A stretch of DNA of 62,839 bases, the filler included, from Choristocarpus tenellus KU-1152 (Eukaryota > Protista > Phaeophyceae), in assembly GCA_964200185.2 (NCBI GenBank). It is 11 parts of 11 records of this genome, joined end to end, with 100 filler letters (N's around TTAATTAATTAA, not from the genome) between each part and the next. Parts side by side here need not be neighbours in the genome. Positions count along the whole stretch, not along the records: positions 9,892 to 13,555 come from CAXNAD020018642.1; positions 13,656 to 16,351 come from CAXNAD020025574.1; positions 16,452 to 20,102 come from CAXNAD020018730.1; positions 20,203 to 36,600 come from CAXNAD020000834.1; 7 more parts are not named here. The stretch is one strand, 5' to 3'. Made by a program: the position numbers and the translations under genes. This document shows, piece after piece, positions 12,807 to 26,300 of this stretch; positions within the stretch are counted from its first letter, which is position 1; each line of letters starts with the position of its first letter. The notes beneath the pieces were generated by a model. The model saw nothing but the letters and a program-made list of their open reading frames with translations. It was not told the DNA's origin and did no database searches.

Positions 12807-15069
12807 AATGCACTCAACTACCCAAAACGTAGTGACCCAATTCAGGTGATTGCAACTCAAGTATCACCTCCTGGATGTTCGTGAGCCGAGCACACACCAA
12901 CCCACAGCACGCAACAGCACGCAACAGCCCAAAGGGTAACAAAGAACACACACTAGTAATTTCGTACATCAAGGTGTACTAGATCCTGAACCAACTCAGA
13001 CCTTCCTCATACACTATCATAACGGTGAGAAGATGTAGTGTCCTCACCTTTCAAGTGGTGATCATTCTCTCAAGATTATTAGATTTCAGGATTTCAGGTC
13101 AACGGTATTTTACTTCGAAAAATATATTGTTGATTGCAGGTTCCAAACCATATAGAACTAACTCTATATTTTGCATATTATATAGTATATAATTATGCCG
13201 TCTAACATTTATCAGATGTGTCAACAAAACCACAAACAAACATGAAAAGAACCCCAGTAAAAGTAACAGTTGTGGAAAATATGGAAGAATATATTTATGC
13301 ACTGATATTTTGGAGATAAGTAGGTTACCCTATTTTGGGCCAAATATTATGAACCAAATTCAAAATATTTGTACCGCTTTTTTCGACATGCCCAAAAAAT
13401 AGTATTTTGTACCTGAATTCTCCTATTCACGCGATTTGGCACAAAATCCCAGATATATTCACGCGAGTTTGGCGCGCGCGAAAAAAATTGTCGCGAAAAG
13501 TGCTATTCTTCCTGAGTCATGCTACCATACAGCAGTACAGTACGTCGCTGGCAGGNNNNNNNNNNNNNNNNNNNNNNNNNNNNNNNNNNNNNNNNNNNNT
13601 TAATTAATTAANNNNNNNNNNNNNNNNNNNNNNNNNNNNNNNNNNNNNNNNNNNNGGGTCAAACCTATCCTCCATAGTATGCTCCATCCTCAATTTTGGT
13701 GAGAGGCTGTTTAAGGTGTGGTATGGTACGAAAAACGTATTTTCGTAGGTGTGCATCGATTTTGTGGTATACAGGGGGACTTGGGGTAAGTGAGAGATGG
13801 TACCCTTGAGCTGCAAAAGGATGGGGATAGGTTTGTTTAAGAACTTGCATCTTTTGGGGGAACATCTCCACATGAATTTCAACTTGGGGTATTTGGGTTG
13901 GGGTGACGGCTCTGTCCATGTGCGTCAAGGGTGGACCATGTCGCGAATTCCAATCGATTTGGCTACATGAGTTGCATGAACAATGCATTTTGTATGCCCG
14001 GCAGTATGTACGTTCGTGTTCTCGGGCTGAGGAAGTATGGGAAAATATAGTCATCGTTTAGTGTCATTAATTAGTTAGATTTTTGAAAAATGTAATCAAT
14101 GCCTTGATCGATAAAAATATGGTGAAATCCATTACGGAAACGACCTGTTCACAGACGCAGGCTTATTTTTGGATATACCTAACTTGCGAGCATTGAATAC
14201 TGTGACAGTTTGGCGAAAACGAGAGGTACTCCAGAGCTGCGAAGGGATGGCGATATAAGCTTGCTTAAAATCTAAAGTAATTATTAGGAACATTAGCATG
14301 AAAAGAGTGCAACAGTCTTCATAACTTGGAACCAAGGCGTAAGTGTACCCTCGTTTGGTTGGAAAGTTTGGGCATATTTCGAATGCGTTTGTGATTGACG
14401 GAGGGTACACAGAGATAACTTTGTAAAACTAAGCACTCCAAAAACTGTGTTACCCTGTGATCACCAAAGCACCTCGTAATAATGAAGCGAATACCTGACA
14501 AGGAGCCTGGTGTACCCCAACATGGTGCGATGAGAACGAAAACCTATGTGAGACACTGCATAGTATTTTTAAGGTTTTCTATCTCGCTTTGCATCAGAGG
14601 GAAAAAAAGAATGGTTATTGAGGTGACAAGGTGTTACCTTCTGGTATATTAGCATTGTATTTGCATGTGAAGCCAAATATTAAAAACAAATGCTGATGTT
14701 TTTCAGAGAAGGATATTCGACTCGACCAATCCCACAAGTTCTCAGCAGGGAGACCATTTCCATCAATCCTTCTTGTAATTAGGCGCTGACTGACAGTGGT
14801 TCTAACCCCGGAGTCTACAAAACTAGGTCCAGACCGTACGAACTTGGTCGCCGGACACAGTGTCTAAGGAACAGGAATTCAAAAGTATGCGACAAATACA
14901 CCATCATTACTTCAAGTTCCAACAGAAACCCAAAAAACAACTACTTAAGCTCGTGAGCATGTGTGAAGTCGCACCTCCCCTCCTTCCACCAACCAATAAA
15001 CTTTGGGTAAGTCTCTTTCAACACATGTCAATAATTTAGGGGCAGGGACTACTTTTCATTCCACAGTTC

Positions 15070-17250
15070 TGCTCAAACGCGACCAAAGAACACAGCTTTA
15101 TTCGCAACGAGCACTTTTATGTCCTCGACAGGCAGCGTCATCTTGGTATTTCCTCCACCATCACATAAGCCATCGAGGATTCCTTGTGGGCGTAGCAGTG
15201 GTCGTCTAGGAAAAGGAGATAACAGCTTTGCCAGCCCGCATCGATCTAAGGCCATGGTCATGTAGAACCTACTGAAGGACACAGGTTTGCACACAACAGG
15301 ATGCTGATGTAGATCAATTTGCTGAGCGGATGAGTTCCTCTGCGCAAGCCTTGAGGAATTTATCTGTCATTCTGATGTTCAACTTACCATCAGAGTCCAT
15401 AGATTGTCGGCTGGCCGGGGGGCTATCACTGGATATGAGCAGGTCATCATCACTATCCGCAAATCCTGCAGCACTCCCCTTCATGTCGGAAGCATGTCTG
15501 CTGCTCTGTACCGAAGAGAAGATATTCTCCAGTAAGGTTACCAGGGGGGTTACAGGCGTTCCCTTCCCCTTGCAATTGGGACGTGTTTTTCAGAACCTGA
15601 GCTCTGCAGAGATTCGGAACCCCGATCCCTGTTTGGTCCTTCATGGTCCCTCCCAACACCCCCGGAATTCCTTGGCCTCTTACCAGGAGGAGATCGACTA
15701 TATGAATCGACCTCCTCCACACCACCCTCTTCACCTTGGCTGAAAGTAGAATGTTTCAGCAGGTCCTTGAAGATTTTCGGTAAAAATTCTACCCAACGAG
15801 CATCAACTGTTTCAGGGGATACAGGACTGTACTGACTAGAATACAGTGACATTGCCACACGTCAATTAGAGAACAAAAGTGGCAAATATTCTTCGCCAGA
15901 ACCTGTAATTGTCAGACCAGACGGGATTTCCGAAGCGGAAAACCTGAAACAACTCCTTTCTGACAGTGGTTCTGGGTGTGCGACATCGCTACTCTGTTCA
16001 ACGGATCTTACGTGATCGACGTCCGTTCCCCGAACTTGTAGTTTTGGTAGGTCCTGAAGCCATTCAGGAGGCACAGCTTTGTTCTTGCGCACTCGTTGAC
16101 ATGGCGTGCAATGAACATTGGTGCAGCATCACCGAACTTGGTCTGCAAAATGGCCACCTCACAAGTAGTGGGACTTGGAGGCAGGACAAGTTCTTCCTGA
16201 AAAAGGACCCGACGAGTGTCACGGTCGCCCGAGCTAACACGATGCTCAAGGGTCGACGACACGGGTGTGGCATAAACCTGACAATCTGTTGGGGGGGAAG
16301 GAGGGGAACCTCGTCTACGTTCAGCAAGTGACCCAAAGTATCCGGGAGGGGNNNNNNNNNNNNNNNNNNNNNNNNNNNNNNNNNNNNNNNNNNNNTTAAT
16401 TAATTAANNNNNNNNNNNNNNNNNNNNNNNNNNNNNNNNNNNNNNNNNNNNCCCCAGATACTTTGACCCCGTATGCAGTGCCTTGACAAGAAGGTGCCAA
16501 AGATTTAGGCGTGTAGAGTACCTCCTGTTCCAAGGTTCAGGCTTCACGAGGCTCGAGAAGATGGCCTTCCTCACATGGAGTGCTTCCACATGCTCAGGAC
16601 GCAACGTGTTGCCTGGCTTCCCTCCACAATCACCGAGTTTAACCTGTGTGGGCTCGTGGACGTAGCATTCATTGCCGAAAACAAGAGAAACGGCCCCTTA
16701 CCGGCCTTGATGAGCCTGAACCCATGGTTGTATATGACTTGGGTGAGGATTTGAGTCTGCATTCGATACTGCGAAGAGCAGGTTTTGTTGCCGATTGTTG
16801 GAGCTCGGTAACACACGCCTCCATGAAGGCTTCGGTGATCCCCACATCGAATGCGTCACCAGAGTTGGCCGTGTCCTGTGTGACACAACTGTCATCACCA
16901 TGCGATGACCTTTCGTCGTCATCATCGTACCTCGAGGTAGATGAGGACGGATTTACCGCGAATCTGCCCTTTTTGGCAGAAGCGAAGACGTCTGGGAAGA
17001 AGCCAGGTTCTAAAGTGCTGCCATCACAGGCTACATTGGAGTGTGTCTAGCTGCAACGGAGGCCTGGCCTTGCCTTTGGAATATCCTGGGGTCTACCCCT
17101 CGGGAGTCCACGAGTAAATTCCCGTTGTCAGTCAGATCCCCTTGTGGCTGACCGGTCGTCATTGTACATCTGCGGTGCGATGGGTGTATTCCTCTCGAAG
17201 AACTGCGACAACGATTCCTCAATATTGTCCAGGCCCGTTGGTTTGTTGTC
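15070..17250 (-). pseudogene. Decayed intron-poor coding-like sequence on both sides of the 16352 spacer, product unknown
   Basis: GC-richer protein-like frames (e.g. LDNKPTGLDNIEESLSQFFERN..., SPETVDARWVEFLPKIFKDLL) interrupted by single TGA/TAG stops and frameshifts. Confidence 0.35.
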
Positions 17251-17385
17251 GAGAGAGTGAGGGAGTGTGGGGTTTGTCGAATATGTGGTTTGGGGTAAGT
17301 TTTTTTGTTATGCATTATAATATAATTCAACAAAACTGCAAATATATGAAAAAAAAGATGCAAATTCAAAGTTTTGACCCTCTCG

Positions 17386-17565
17386 GACTCAAAGTATCTG
17401 GAGGGGTGGGAGTGGCTGTCCATTTGGGGTCAATTTTTTCTTGTCGCGAATTTTGTATGATTTGGTTGCATTCGTCAGACGGATAATGTAAATGCACTTT
17501 TCCTGGTTATGACCCAATAGAAGCCCTGGTGTAGACAACCCCCCCCTTCCCAGATACCTTGGGTC
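17386..17565. mobile_element. ~180-bp MITE, family B (TIR core AAAGTATCTGGGAGGG)
   Basis: GACTCAAAGTATCTGGAGGGG...CCCTTCCCAGATACCTTGGGTC. Partial copies at 2918-2986, 16330-16351, 16452-16469, 48751-48771 and ~54862-54890, all at contig edges. Confidence 0.75.
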
Positions 17566-17957
17566 TCGCACTAATGAAGAAATAGCGGATGGGGAGTTAC
17601 ATATATATATATATATATATATATACATTTCTATATCTATTTGTTCTAGTTCAATGCCGTCGTAGACATACATGGAAATTTCAATACATCTGTGAAGAGA
17701 GCAAAATTCCCCTTATTAAATCTCCTTTTTGATTCCCGAGGAAAAGGAACACCTCAACTAGCCTGTTCATAACCACAATATATATAATACTCTTTAATAG
17801 GGGTACAACATTCGGTAAAAGCGGTTTTTTCTTTTATTCATTATTGTGAAATTGTTATACAACTGAAAAAAAAAAGTTGAAAAGATCATACTTCTTGGTG
17901 AAGAGAGAATAGGTGCGAATCCCTTCCATGAGAATCGGGCTCGTCTGTGGCTATCCC

Positions 17958-19530
17958 TGTCGAATAACCTAGTGTTATCCTTACGTTGTTTGTGCTGACA
18001 CAAGTATATATTATAGGTTATACGTACATTTATAATTGGTTAGGTATGATACAAAGTACGTACGTATATAAAATATAATAAGTCAACATTAATCCACACG
18101 TCAGTGATGATGGATGGTTGACGGGAATGAATAATTCAGTGTGTGCTTTACCATATAATTCATCTGCTAGCTTCCGGTGACGAGCCTTACGTGCGCCAAG
18201 CTTTTCAACATGCTTAAGCGCCTAACACAAACTCTAGCAAGGGGATGCGCAGCCGGACTGGTTTGTTTTGAACTGGTATAGCATCCCTCATGGCCTCAGA
18301 GGGGACCCAAGCCAACTATGCAGACTGGTTTGCTACAACCTGTGCATTCTTGGGGGCGAAGGGGGATATTGATGAGGCATTACAGTATAGGAGGGAACCC
18401 ATCAGAGTGGGTGACATCGACTTCATCAAGGGCGAAGATGTCAGTGAAGACGAAGTCACCAAGGCCAAGAAGGCTTATGACGTCTTGCTGAGGAGCACCA
18501 GCGGGATTTACTGGTGCATAGTCCGGAACGCAGCCTCACCTTCAGGAGCCTGGAAACAACTATGTGAACACTTCCTTATTCAGTCAGATGAGGAAATAGC
18601 CAGACTCCAAAGGAAAGTTATGACGGTCAAGATGCCTTGGGGATCAGATCCCCAAATCACTTTCACGATGATGCTGGACTGGGCTGGCCAGATGGCGATG
18701 ATGGGGCATGTGATGTCCTAACAGGTCCTAGAAATCGCTAAGTTAGACTGTTTGGATGAAGACTACCAAATCACCAAACATTACCTCCAGCATCATGATA
18801 AGAGTGAGCGTTTGAGGGCCACGATTCAACAAGCCGCTCGTTCGTGTTACTTCTCACTACAGCGGGAAGCAGCTGATCGCGGGGAGCCAAGGAGCGATCT
18901 TTCCGCCAGGACCGTAAAAAGGGTTAACTGAGGAGCCAACCAAGGTACGACTGGTCATCGTACAAACCCTGGGATGACAGGATCCCATCCCAGAAGGCTG
19001 GCCAGGGCAAAAGAAATATGCACAATGTGTGGACTGGAAAAACACACAGGTCCTTGCACATATAAAGGACTGTGCTACAGCTGCGGGAGCAAAGGACACC
19101 GGCAAGCTGTTTGCCCTCAGAGGAGGGCAGGACCACCAAAATCGGTGGGAAATACATATCGCCAGAGGGCGACTCCGCATGAGGTGGCGGAAGAACTAGC
19201 TGGATCAGAGGAACCGGCTAGGCCATGGAGGAAGTTCGAGGATGGATCAGGAGAACCGGCTAGGACAGGAAGGAGATTTAAGACCAAGTTAGTCGCTGTG
19301 ACTGAAAATGGCAAGGTGAGAACGAATGCTTTCGAAACATAGTGTTTTGATTCAGGGACTTCCAATAATGAGACGAAAGACCCAAAGTACATTTATGACT
19401 TCACCACATGTCCATAAGGCTGCAAAATGACCGTAGCTGACGGCACATCACAACCCATTGTGGGGTATGGCAAGATTGATCTGGATTTCAATGTTGACCG
19501 CAATGAGTGGGTCAACATTGTATCCTAAAG
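17958..19530 (+). mobile_element. Degenerate Ty1/Copia LTR retrotransposon (5' LTR, gag, protease)
   Basis: Putative LTR 17958-18210 (TGTCGAA...TTCAACA). Gag-like ORF from 18290 (CIVRNAASPSGAWKQLCEHF), zinc knuckle CYSCGSKGHRQAVC, Copia protease-like *CFDSGTS..MTVADGTSQPIVGYGKIDL at ~19340-19500. In-frame stops present; no integrase/RT seen. Confidence 0.85.
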
Positions 19531-19988
19531 TTCTACTTGAAGGATGAGGACGAGATAGTCGTGTTATTTTTATCTGCTTACTTCCCTTTACATCTCCCGA
19601 GGACTAGAGGACACATCGTATCTACTCTCAGTCCAAGAGCTGGGGGGTGTTGAGAATACTATCTCCTGGACTGATCGAGAGTACAAGGGGAATATGAGAG
19701 AGACGTTTATTGTTATGGAGGAAGGCGCGGCAGCTGATGCTGCTGATGCTACAAGACGGAGCCTTGCATATATTTATTGCGCCGGGGTTTCCGAGTGCAG
19801 GGTGACACGCCCTTGATACGGTGTTCATGCCTAAGACACGCCAGGAGGCTAGGCGTATACGCCAGGAACTAGACCGCCTAACCATTGAATAACAGGAAGT
19901 GGAGACCGGATGCTGAGGTCACCATTATGCCAGCTTCTTTGATTTCTGCTGTTTTTTTTTGTAAGAGTTCCATTGTTTGATATTTTTT

Positions 19989-20102
19989 GAGTGAAAGTAT
20001 CTTAGAGGGCACGACTTCTGCCCTGATTGTTCATTTGAGGCTTGGCTTCCCATGGGTTCTTTATGAAATTTTCCTTCTCCAAAAATGTTTTAGAGTAGGT
20101 AA
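19989..20102 (+). mobile_element. Family A MITE, partial (cut by spacer)
   Basis: Starts GAGTGAAAGTATCTTAGAGGG and matches the 43798 copy. Confidence 0.85.
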
Positions 20103-20319
20103 NNNNNNNNNNNNNNNNNNNNNNNNNNNNNNNNNNNNNNNNNNNNTTAATTAATTAANNNNNNNNNNNNNNNNNNNNNNNNNNNNNNNNNNNNNNNNNN
20201 NNATACTCATAGAGCATACAAAAAAAGAGCCCATTAATCGCATAGAATAACCCCCCTTCTAATATTCTCTTCCCAGCGAGGGGGGGGGGTAGGGGAGGGA
20301 CGGTATGACACCCTTTCAC

Positions 20320-23300
20320 CTTTTCCCTTGCATCCTTGTCGTTCCTCAGAGCCCAGGCACTACCCGCCCCCCTCACCCCTCCACCAGCTCGCAGCGGGTC
20401 ATCCTCGTCATTCTTTTCCCCATGTGCAGATCATTTCCAAGCGTAGACAATGTAACAGCACAGTTTCAAGTGGGGTGTTGGCAGGAGTTGGGCGGCATAA
20501 ATGCATCACAGAGGGTTAGAGATTAGAAACGATTCCGAGGGAGACTGGACAAAAGCAATTTTGATTGTCAAAACCCAATTTTTGTACACATACCTCCTCC
20601 ACATCACTGAGTCCAGCTTCTGCCAAGCCTTCCTTTGTCAATCCTGACCCTAAACTTGGCTTCAATCCTACTCCTTTTCCCTGCGATGATCCAGTAGTGC
20701 CCAGTCCTTCCCTGTAGCCGCCCAGAGGTTTCGTAAGAGCCCATTGTTTGGGGACATTAAAACATGTGTCAATTGAGTATTTCAAAATGCATACAGAATA
20801 CGTAGTACGGAAAAATGATGTGTATCAAAATAAACAGGGAACGGGGTTGTGGGGGGGGGGGCGGAATGACAGCATATTCACTCTTAGAGTAAATGTTTCC
20901 ATTGCAAAGTAATAAAATGACAACTTATTTGCATAGAGCAATCTACATACATACACAACTAAAAAAAAAAAGACTAAACTGCACAGGTACATCGCCATAT
21001 TTGAGAAAAAAAAGACATTTTTCAAAATAAAATATACCACAACATAGGTACACATTCACTATGTACAAAAATGTAGTAGTATCAAAAATGCCCACCACAC
21101 ATCAACAAATAAAATGGCTGTTGCCCATGCATACCTTGAAGTTGAACCTCCACCCCCTTTCCCCTTAGAGCTACCCTTTTTCTTCTTAGGGTTTCCACTT
21201 GGAAGGAACCGACCCCCGACTCCCCGAGCTAAGGTAACACCCCCACCCCCAGGCTTTGCCCCGGTTCCCGCTCCAGTGGCCCCTGAGCTCGCTATGGAGC
21301 CGCCCTGATTGGTACAAAAAAATGCAGTTCTGAGATTGAACAGGCACGGCAAGGATGCTATAGAAGAGGGAAAAAGTGTCCTGTTGATTCAAGGCTAAAT
21401 AACCCCCTTGTCTATTGGTTCAATGTGAAATATTGGTCTTCTTACTTGCTCAACGACAGGTAGAGACATTACAATTGGCTCCATGTGAAATATACACCAT
21501 CATATTGGTTTAACAAGCAGAGGCACCCCTACTAGTTCAACATGAAAATCAGGCTAGCTAATTGATCCAATGCGAAATATAAGACATCTCGTTGGTTCAA
21601 TGATAAGTATATAGGCCTATCTATTGGTTCATGTGAAACACAGGCCATCCTCCCAATCGTTCAAAGGTCAAACAGCAACAAATGCAAAAAACGAATATAT
21701 ATATATATACATATGTATAATTTGAAGCACATGAGCTCACAGTTAGTGTTGCCTTGTGTCTGTGTGCTACAAAGATAAGCCGAAATTCGTCTTAGGACCA
21801 CAACAATTCACACAACAACCGGGAAGGGGTAGATCTGTTCTTATTTGCAGAAGCTTTTGTGATCACCCTTTTTCAACACTTAGGTAAAAAAGTATATTTT
21901 CTTAAAAAGTGAAAAAAAATGAAAATATCCTCTCAATGACATCAACACTTGGAAAAAAAAAGGTAATGTATTTTTTAGTAATAAGAAAGGTTCTTAGAGG
22001 AGTTTGCAAAGCAATGCATTCCATTGTCTTGGGGACTGTGCCATAAAATGTGTATACTCTATTGCTCAACCTTGACCTAATCCTCAAAACTTTAGGGTAT
22101 CATTACATACATATTCCCACTTCCGACATGTTTGTCACAGCATTTCTTCACCCGAACGAAAAAACCCAAACTATCTGAAAGATACACTGCACCAAGTACA
22201 TTAAAAATAAAAATAAATGTATGCCCACACATAAGCATATCGAAAAAAAAAAAAAAGAAGGCACAATTACGCATATTAAAACAAGCAAAAACAATGTACG
22301 CCCACACTTAACGCATATTCAAAACAAGAAAAAAAATGTACGCCCACACTTAGGCATATTCAAAACAAGAAAAAAAAATGTATGCCCACACATACAAACC
22401 TTCGTCAAAGCTCCCTCTGCATGCCCCTGGCCCTGTGGTGATGAGGGCAACCCACCAACGTCTCCCCCACTACTAAAGGGCATCATATCCAGGGCAGACA
22501 TGGATACAGTTGGTGTGCCTATCTCACGTGACGGCGAGCTTCTGCTCAAAAATAGATAACATGAGTTGAGAGGTTTGTTAGAGAAATGGGGAGGGCAAAC
22601 ATTCCAGAGTCATGCCTGGAGATTAACTATGACCTTAACCCTAACCACTCCTCTGACCCAGGAGTGCTGCCTGAACAAATTTCGCACAAAACAGGTATCC
22701 TAGACAAACGGATAAAAGCCCTAAGCAGGTGTTAAAAACCCCTTCTTTTCTCAGGTCTAACCCTGTCACCAGTCCATTTGTGTTGTGGTGGATGTCCATG
22801 GTGAGTTCATTCCATACAAATATGCAGGCATACATACAAACTATATCCTGTCGCATGATGCATGCAGACAGTGCTTGGGGATGTCTGCTACAAGTCCATC
22901 CGTGTTGAAACATACAACCATTCTGCGATCTAATCAGGACAAACATGCACATATAAGAGGTATATACATACATAAATATAGCGTTGACAGAGGCTTAATC
23001 ACAAACGCTCAAGAGTGCCTGCTGCATGCTTGTCAGAGGGTCAGAGGGTCCTCTTCTACACATAAGTCCCCACTCTTCAAGTAAAACACACTTTGACACA
23101 AGTAGCTTCGTACACAGTCGTGAGGAAGACATCAGGGACTGGTGAAGACAACTTACGGAAAATGGAAAACGCCTCCAAAACGAACAGCAACGCCACAATA
23201 AGAACAAAAAAAGTCGAAGCGGTGAACAACCCTAAGAATTTACAAATAACCGTCAAGAGACAAAAGCTCTTCGAAGAATTTTTTTTTTTTAAGAAAAATA

Positions 23301-26300
23301 AAATCAGGTGGAACACAAATTAAAAATTAAGGTTGGTTGGAATCAAATCAAATCAGATCGAATCAATTCGAATGGAGAAAAAATCTAAGGGAATCCTTCA
23401 AGGTGAGGCAGCACCAAGGCAATCAGTTTGATCTTGTATCAATATACATACATACATACATATGTATGTATATGTAAATATGTGTAACTGTCTTCTCCAC
23501 ATAAAAAGAAGACTCTCTGCACCCCCAAAAAAACACCATGTCAACATGAAGAAACTGGCTAGGGAGAGGTTGCCCGGCAACAAAAGAAAAAATAATACAT
23601 ATAATATAATAATATATATATAGAGAAAAAATAATAGGGAACATTTCAAGCATAGTAGATTTTAAACGTTTGATGAGATGTAATTGAATCAGCTCTGAAA
23701 CATTCAATCTACTCAAAAGAGAATCAAAATATGAACAGAGCGCACGACAAAAGGCACGGTAAGCAATGAATGCTGAGCGCCATGATATTTAGACCAATAA
23801 ATAATATAATGGGAGTGTTGCATGGAGCCGATAGAATTCTTTCGCTCCTGGGCAACCCCTGGGGCTAAAGATGGGGGGGTAGGCAAGTGGTGGAGTTTTT
23901 GAGGTTGTTAGAGAGATGGAGGAAAGATTTTTTATGGTTTAGAGTTGTACCAAGATCGAGTAGAGCGTGAGATTTGAATAGTCTCATTTGCACCAATAGA
24001 AGAGCTTGTACACCATCACCCTTCACATCACCGTACTTGTGCTAAAAATTACCCTTTCCTCCACCTCTCCCAACACATTACCCTCCACAAAAAACATAAC
24101 TTGCCTGTTCTCTTCATCCACACTTGAAGAGCCTTTTCCATCATTCCCTAGACCTTCCGTAGCCAGCTCCAGGGCTGACAACTCTTCCTTCACGGCTGCC
24201 TTTGCAATTCTCTTGCCATCTCCCCCCTTTCCACGTCCATCCCTCGCCTTCGAGTCCTCCTCCCTTGCTCCTGCCCCGATCGCTTCTTCCTTTGGTTTGG
24301 ATGTAGTTGCTTCCATCTCCAGAGTTGTTCCTTCCTCCTCAAATGATGAAGTTGCAAATGGCATCATCATCCAGCCCCCTCCACCTCCATCACCATCATC
24401 ACCCCCACTCAGGACTTCAAAACCTCCCTTTCCTATCCTGCTGGTGACAATGGGTGCCTCAGAGCTTCTCCCTCTCGCTGCTGATATGATTTTGTCACTA
24501 TTACTATTACCTCCATCATCCACATCCATCACATCACCATGAGCATCACCATCTTCATTGAAAATCTCCAGCCCAGCGGGCGACTGAAATGAAGGGAAGG
24601 AAAAAAAACAAGGGAGTATAAAACGCGTGGTGTTACTACAATAAAAGAGATACCACTAACATACCTCCCCGTACTTACACAAAACTATGTAACACAACAA
24701 CAGCAGTACAAAACAAAAATGGATCAAAGAATAAGATACATGGTGTATCGATAGCCTACCATCAATAGCTAATGGTAATGGGTAAAATAAATAAAAAAGC
24801 CAGGGGTCTTCATCAGACCAGCAGTTGAACAGACCAGTTGAACAGATCAGGTCTCCAGGCTGACCTGGGTCCCGGTCCAAGTACAATAACTGGCAGTCCT
24901 GGACTGACTCTGTCAAACTAAATTTCACTGGGACCAGCCCACGGTCGGTTTGGTTGAAATCTCTGATAGTTCTGGACCAGTCCTCTCGAACACATGGTAC
25001 CAGAGCTATAACCAAACGCCCCCTACTACGGTTTTAATTCTTGATGGTCCTGGGGGGGAAAGTCTCATACTCAGACAGGTTCAGTCAAAATACATCAGGC
25101 CAACTTCCAAATTGCCTCAAAAATGTGGGAATAAACACAACTTATTAAGATCACATCAGCTGAACAGTGGTCATCGCAACAAAAGAGTCCAAAAAGTGGA
25201 ATGGTCCGACCCCGTACCACTAATGTCCTCATGGTGGTGTTGTGAATTCAAAGAATTGATGCATGCAAGTTAAAGCAGCACCAAAATTTCCTAACTAATC
25301 GATTATCCATAATTGAAACCAATATGCAATGCACAAATTTAGACGCACAGATCACCAAGCTCCATGCGCATTGTGAACAGCACGTTTTTATACAAGAAAT
25401 AACCAATCAATCAAAAATCACCACTCATTATTCAGTTTTGATAGTCAAATTGTACAGAGGACTGCTTGGTGGAGCCGTGGACTGGTCCCTGGCCCACTTT
25501 GGTTACAATCTCTGATGGCCTTGGACTGGCCCTGTTGTACCATATGTCGCAGGGACCAGCCCATGACCCTGTCGAGTTGAATTTTTTGATGGTTATGGAC
25601 TGGCCCTGTTTATAAAATTCTTCACTGTGGCCAGGCCATGCCCCTATCTGGTCGAGGTCTGTGGTGACACTGTACTGTACTGGCCCTGTTGGAACATATC
25701 TTACGAGGGTTGACCTACACCACAGTCCCATCACATATACCTGGTCCAGTGAGCAGCCCCAAAAAATACTACAGCAACAACATAAAAAAATGAAATAGAA
25801 ATGGAGCTAAATATGCACATAAAATTGTATACCTCAAAGTATACACATAATATGAGTTGGGGTTAGGAACATCAAAACTGCTCTGAACAATAAAATACAA
25901 GGTGGAGGGAAAAGATAGATAAAACAAAACGCAAAACACACCCTAAATTTAGTGTAGACAAACACCACTCCAAGACCAAATCTCCACCATTGGCCTTGAA
26001 AAAACCCAAAACATTTGACTTCCTTCAACTTCAACTACACAAGTTGGCTACCACATCAAGGTCGATTCTGTCAAGCACGGCAATGAGGTTACCTCTTCCT
26101 ATCGAACTTCTGTTTGAAAAAATAAAAACTTTCAGTCTGAAAGGTACTTTTTACTCAAAATTCACCATCAACTCACTCCTTGAATAAAAAAGATGCAACA
26201 AAAGTACATGCAAAAAACAACCCACAATGATGGTACCCTAAAAAACCTCCGCAAAAGTAAGAAGTAATGACAGATTTCCACCGGCAGAAATCACAACTCT

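Noticed and set aside
14230-14300. LIITLDFKQAYIAIP as a LINE reverse-transcriptase motif
   Set aside because: It is an isolated motif with no neighbouring RT motifs (no QG or YADD); insufficient support.
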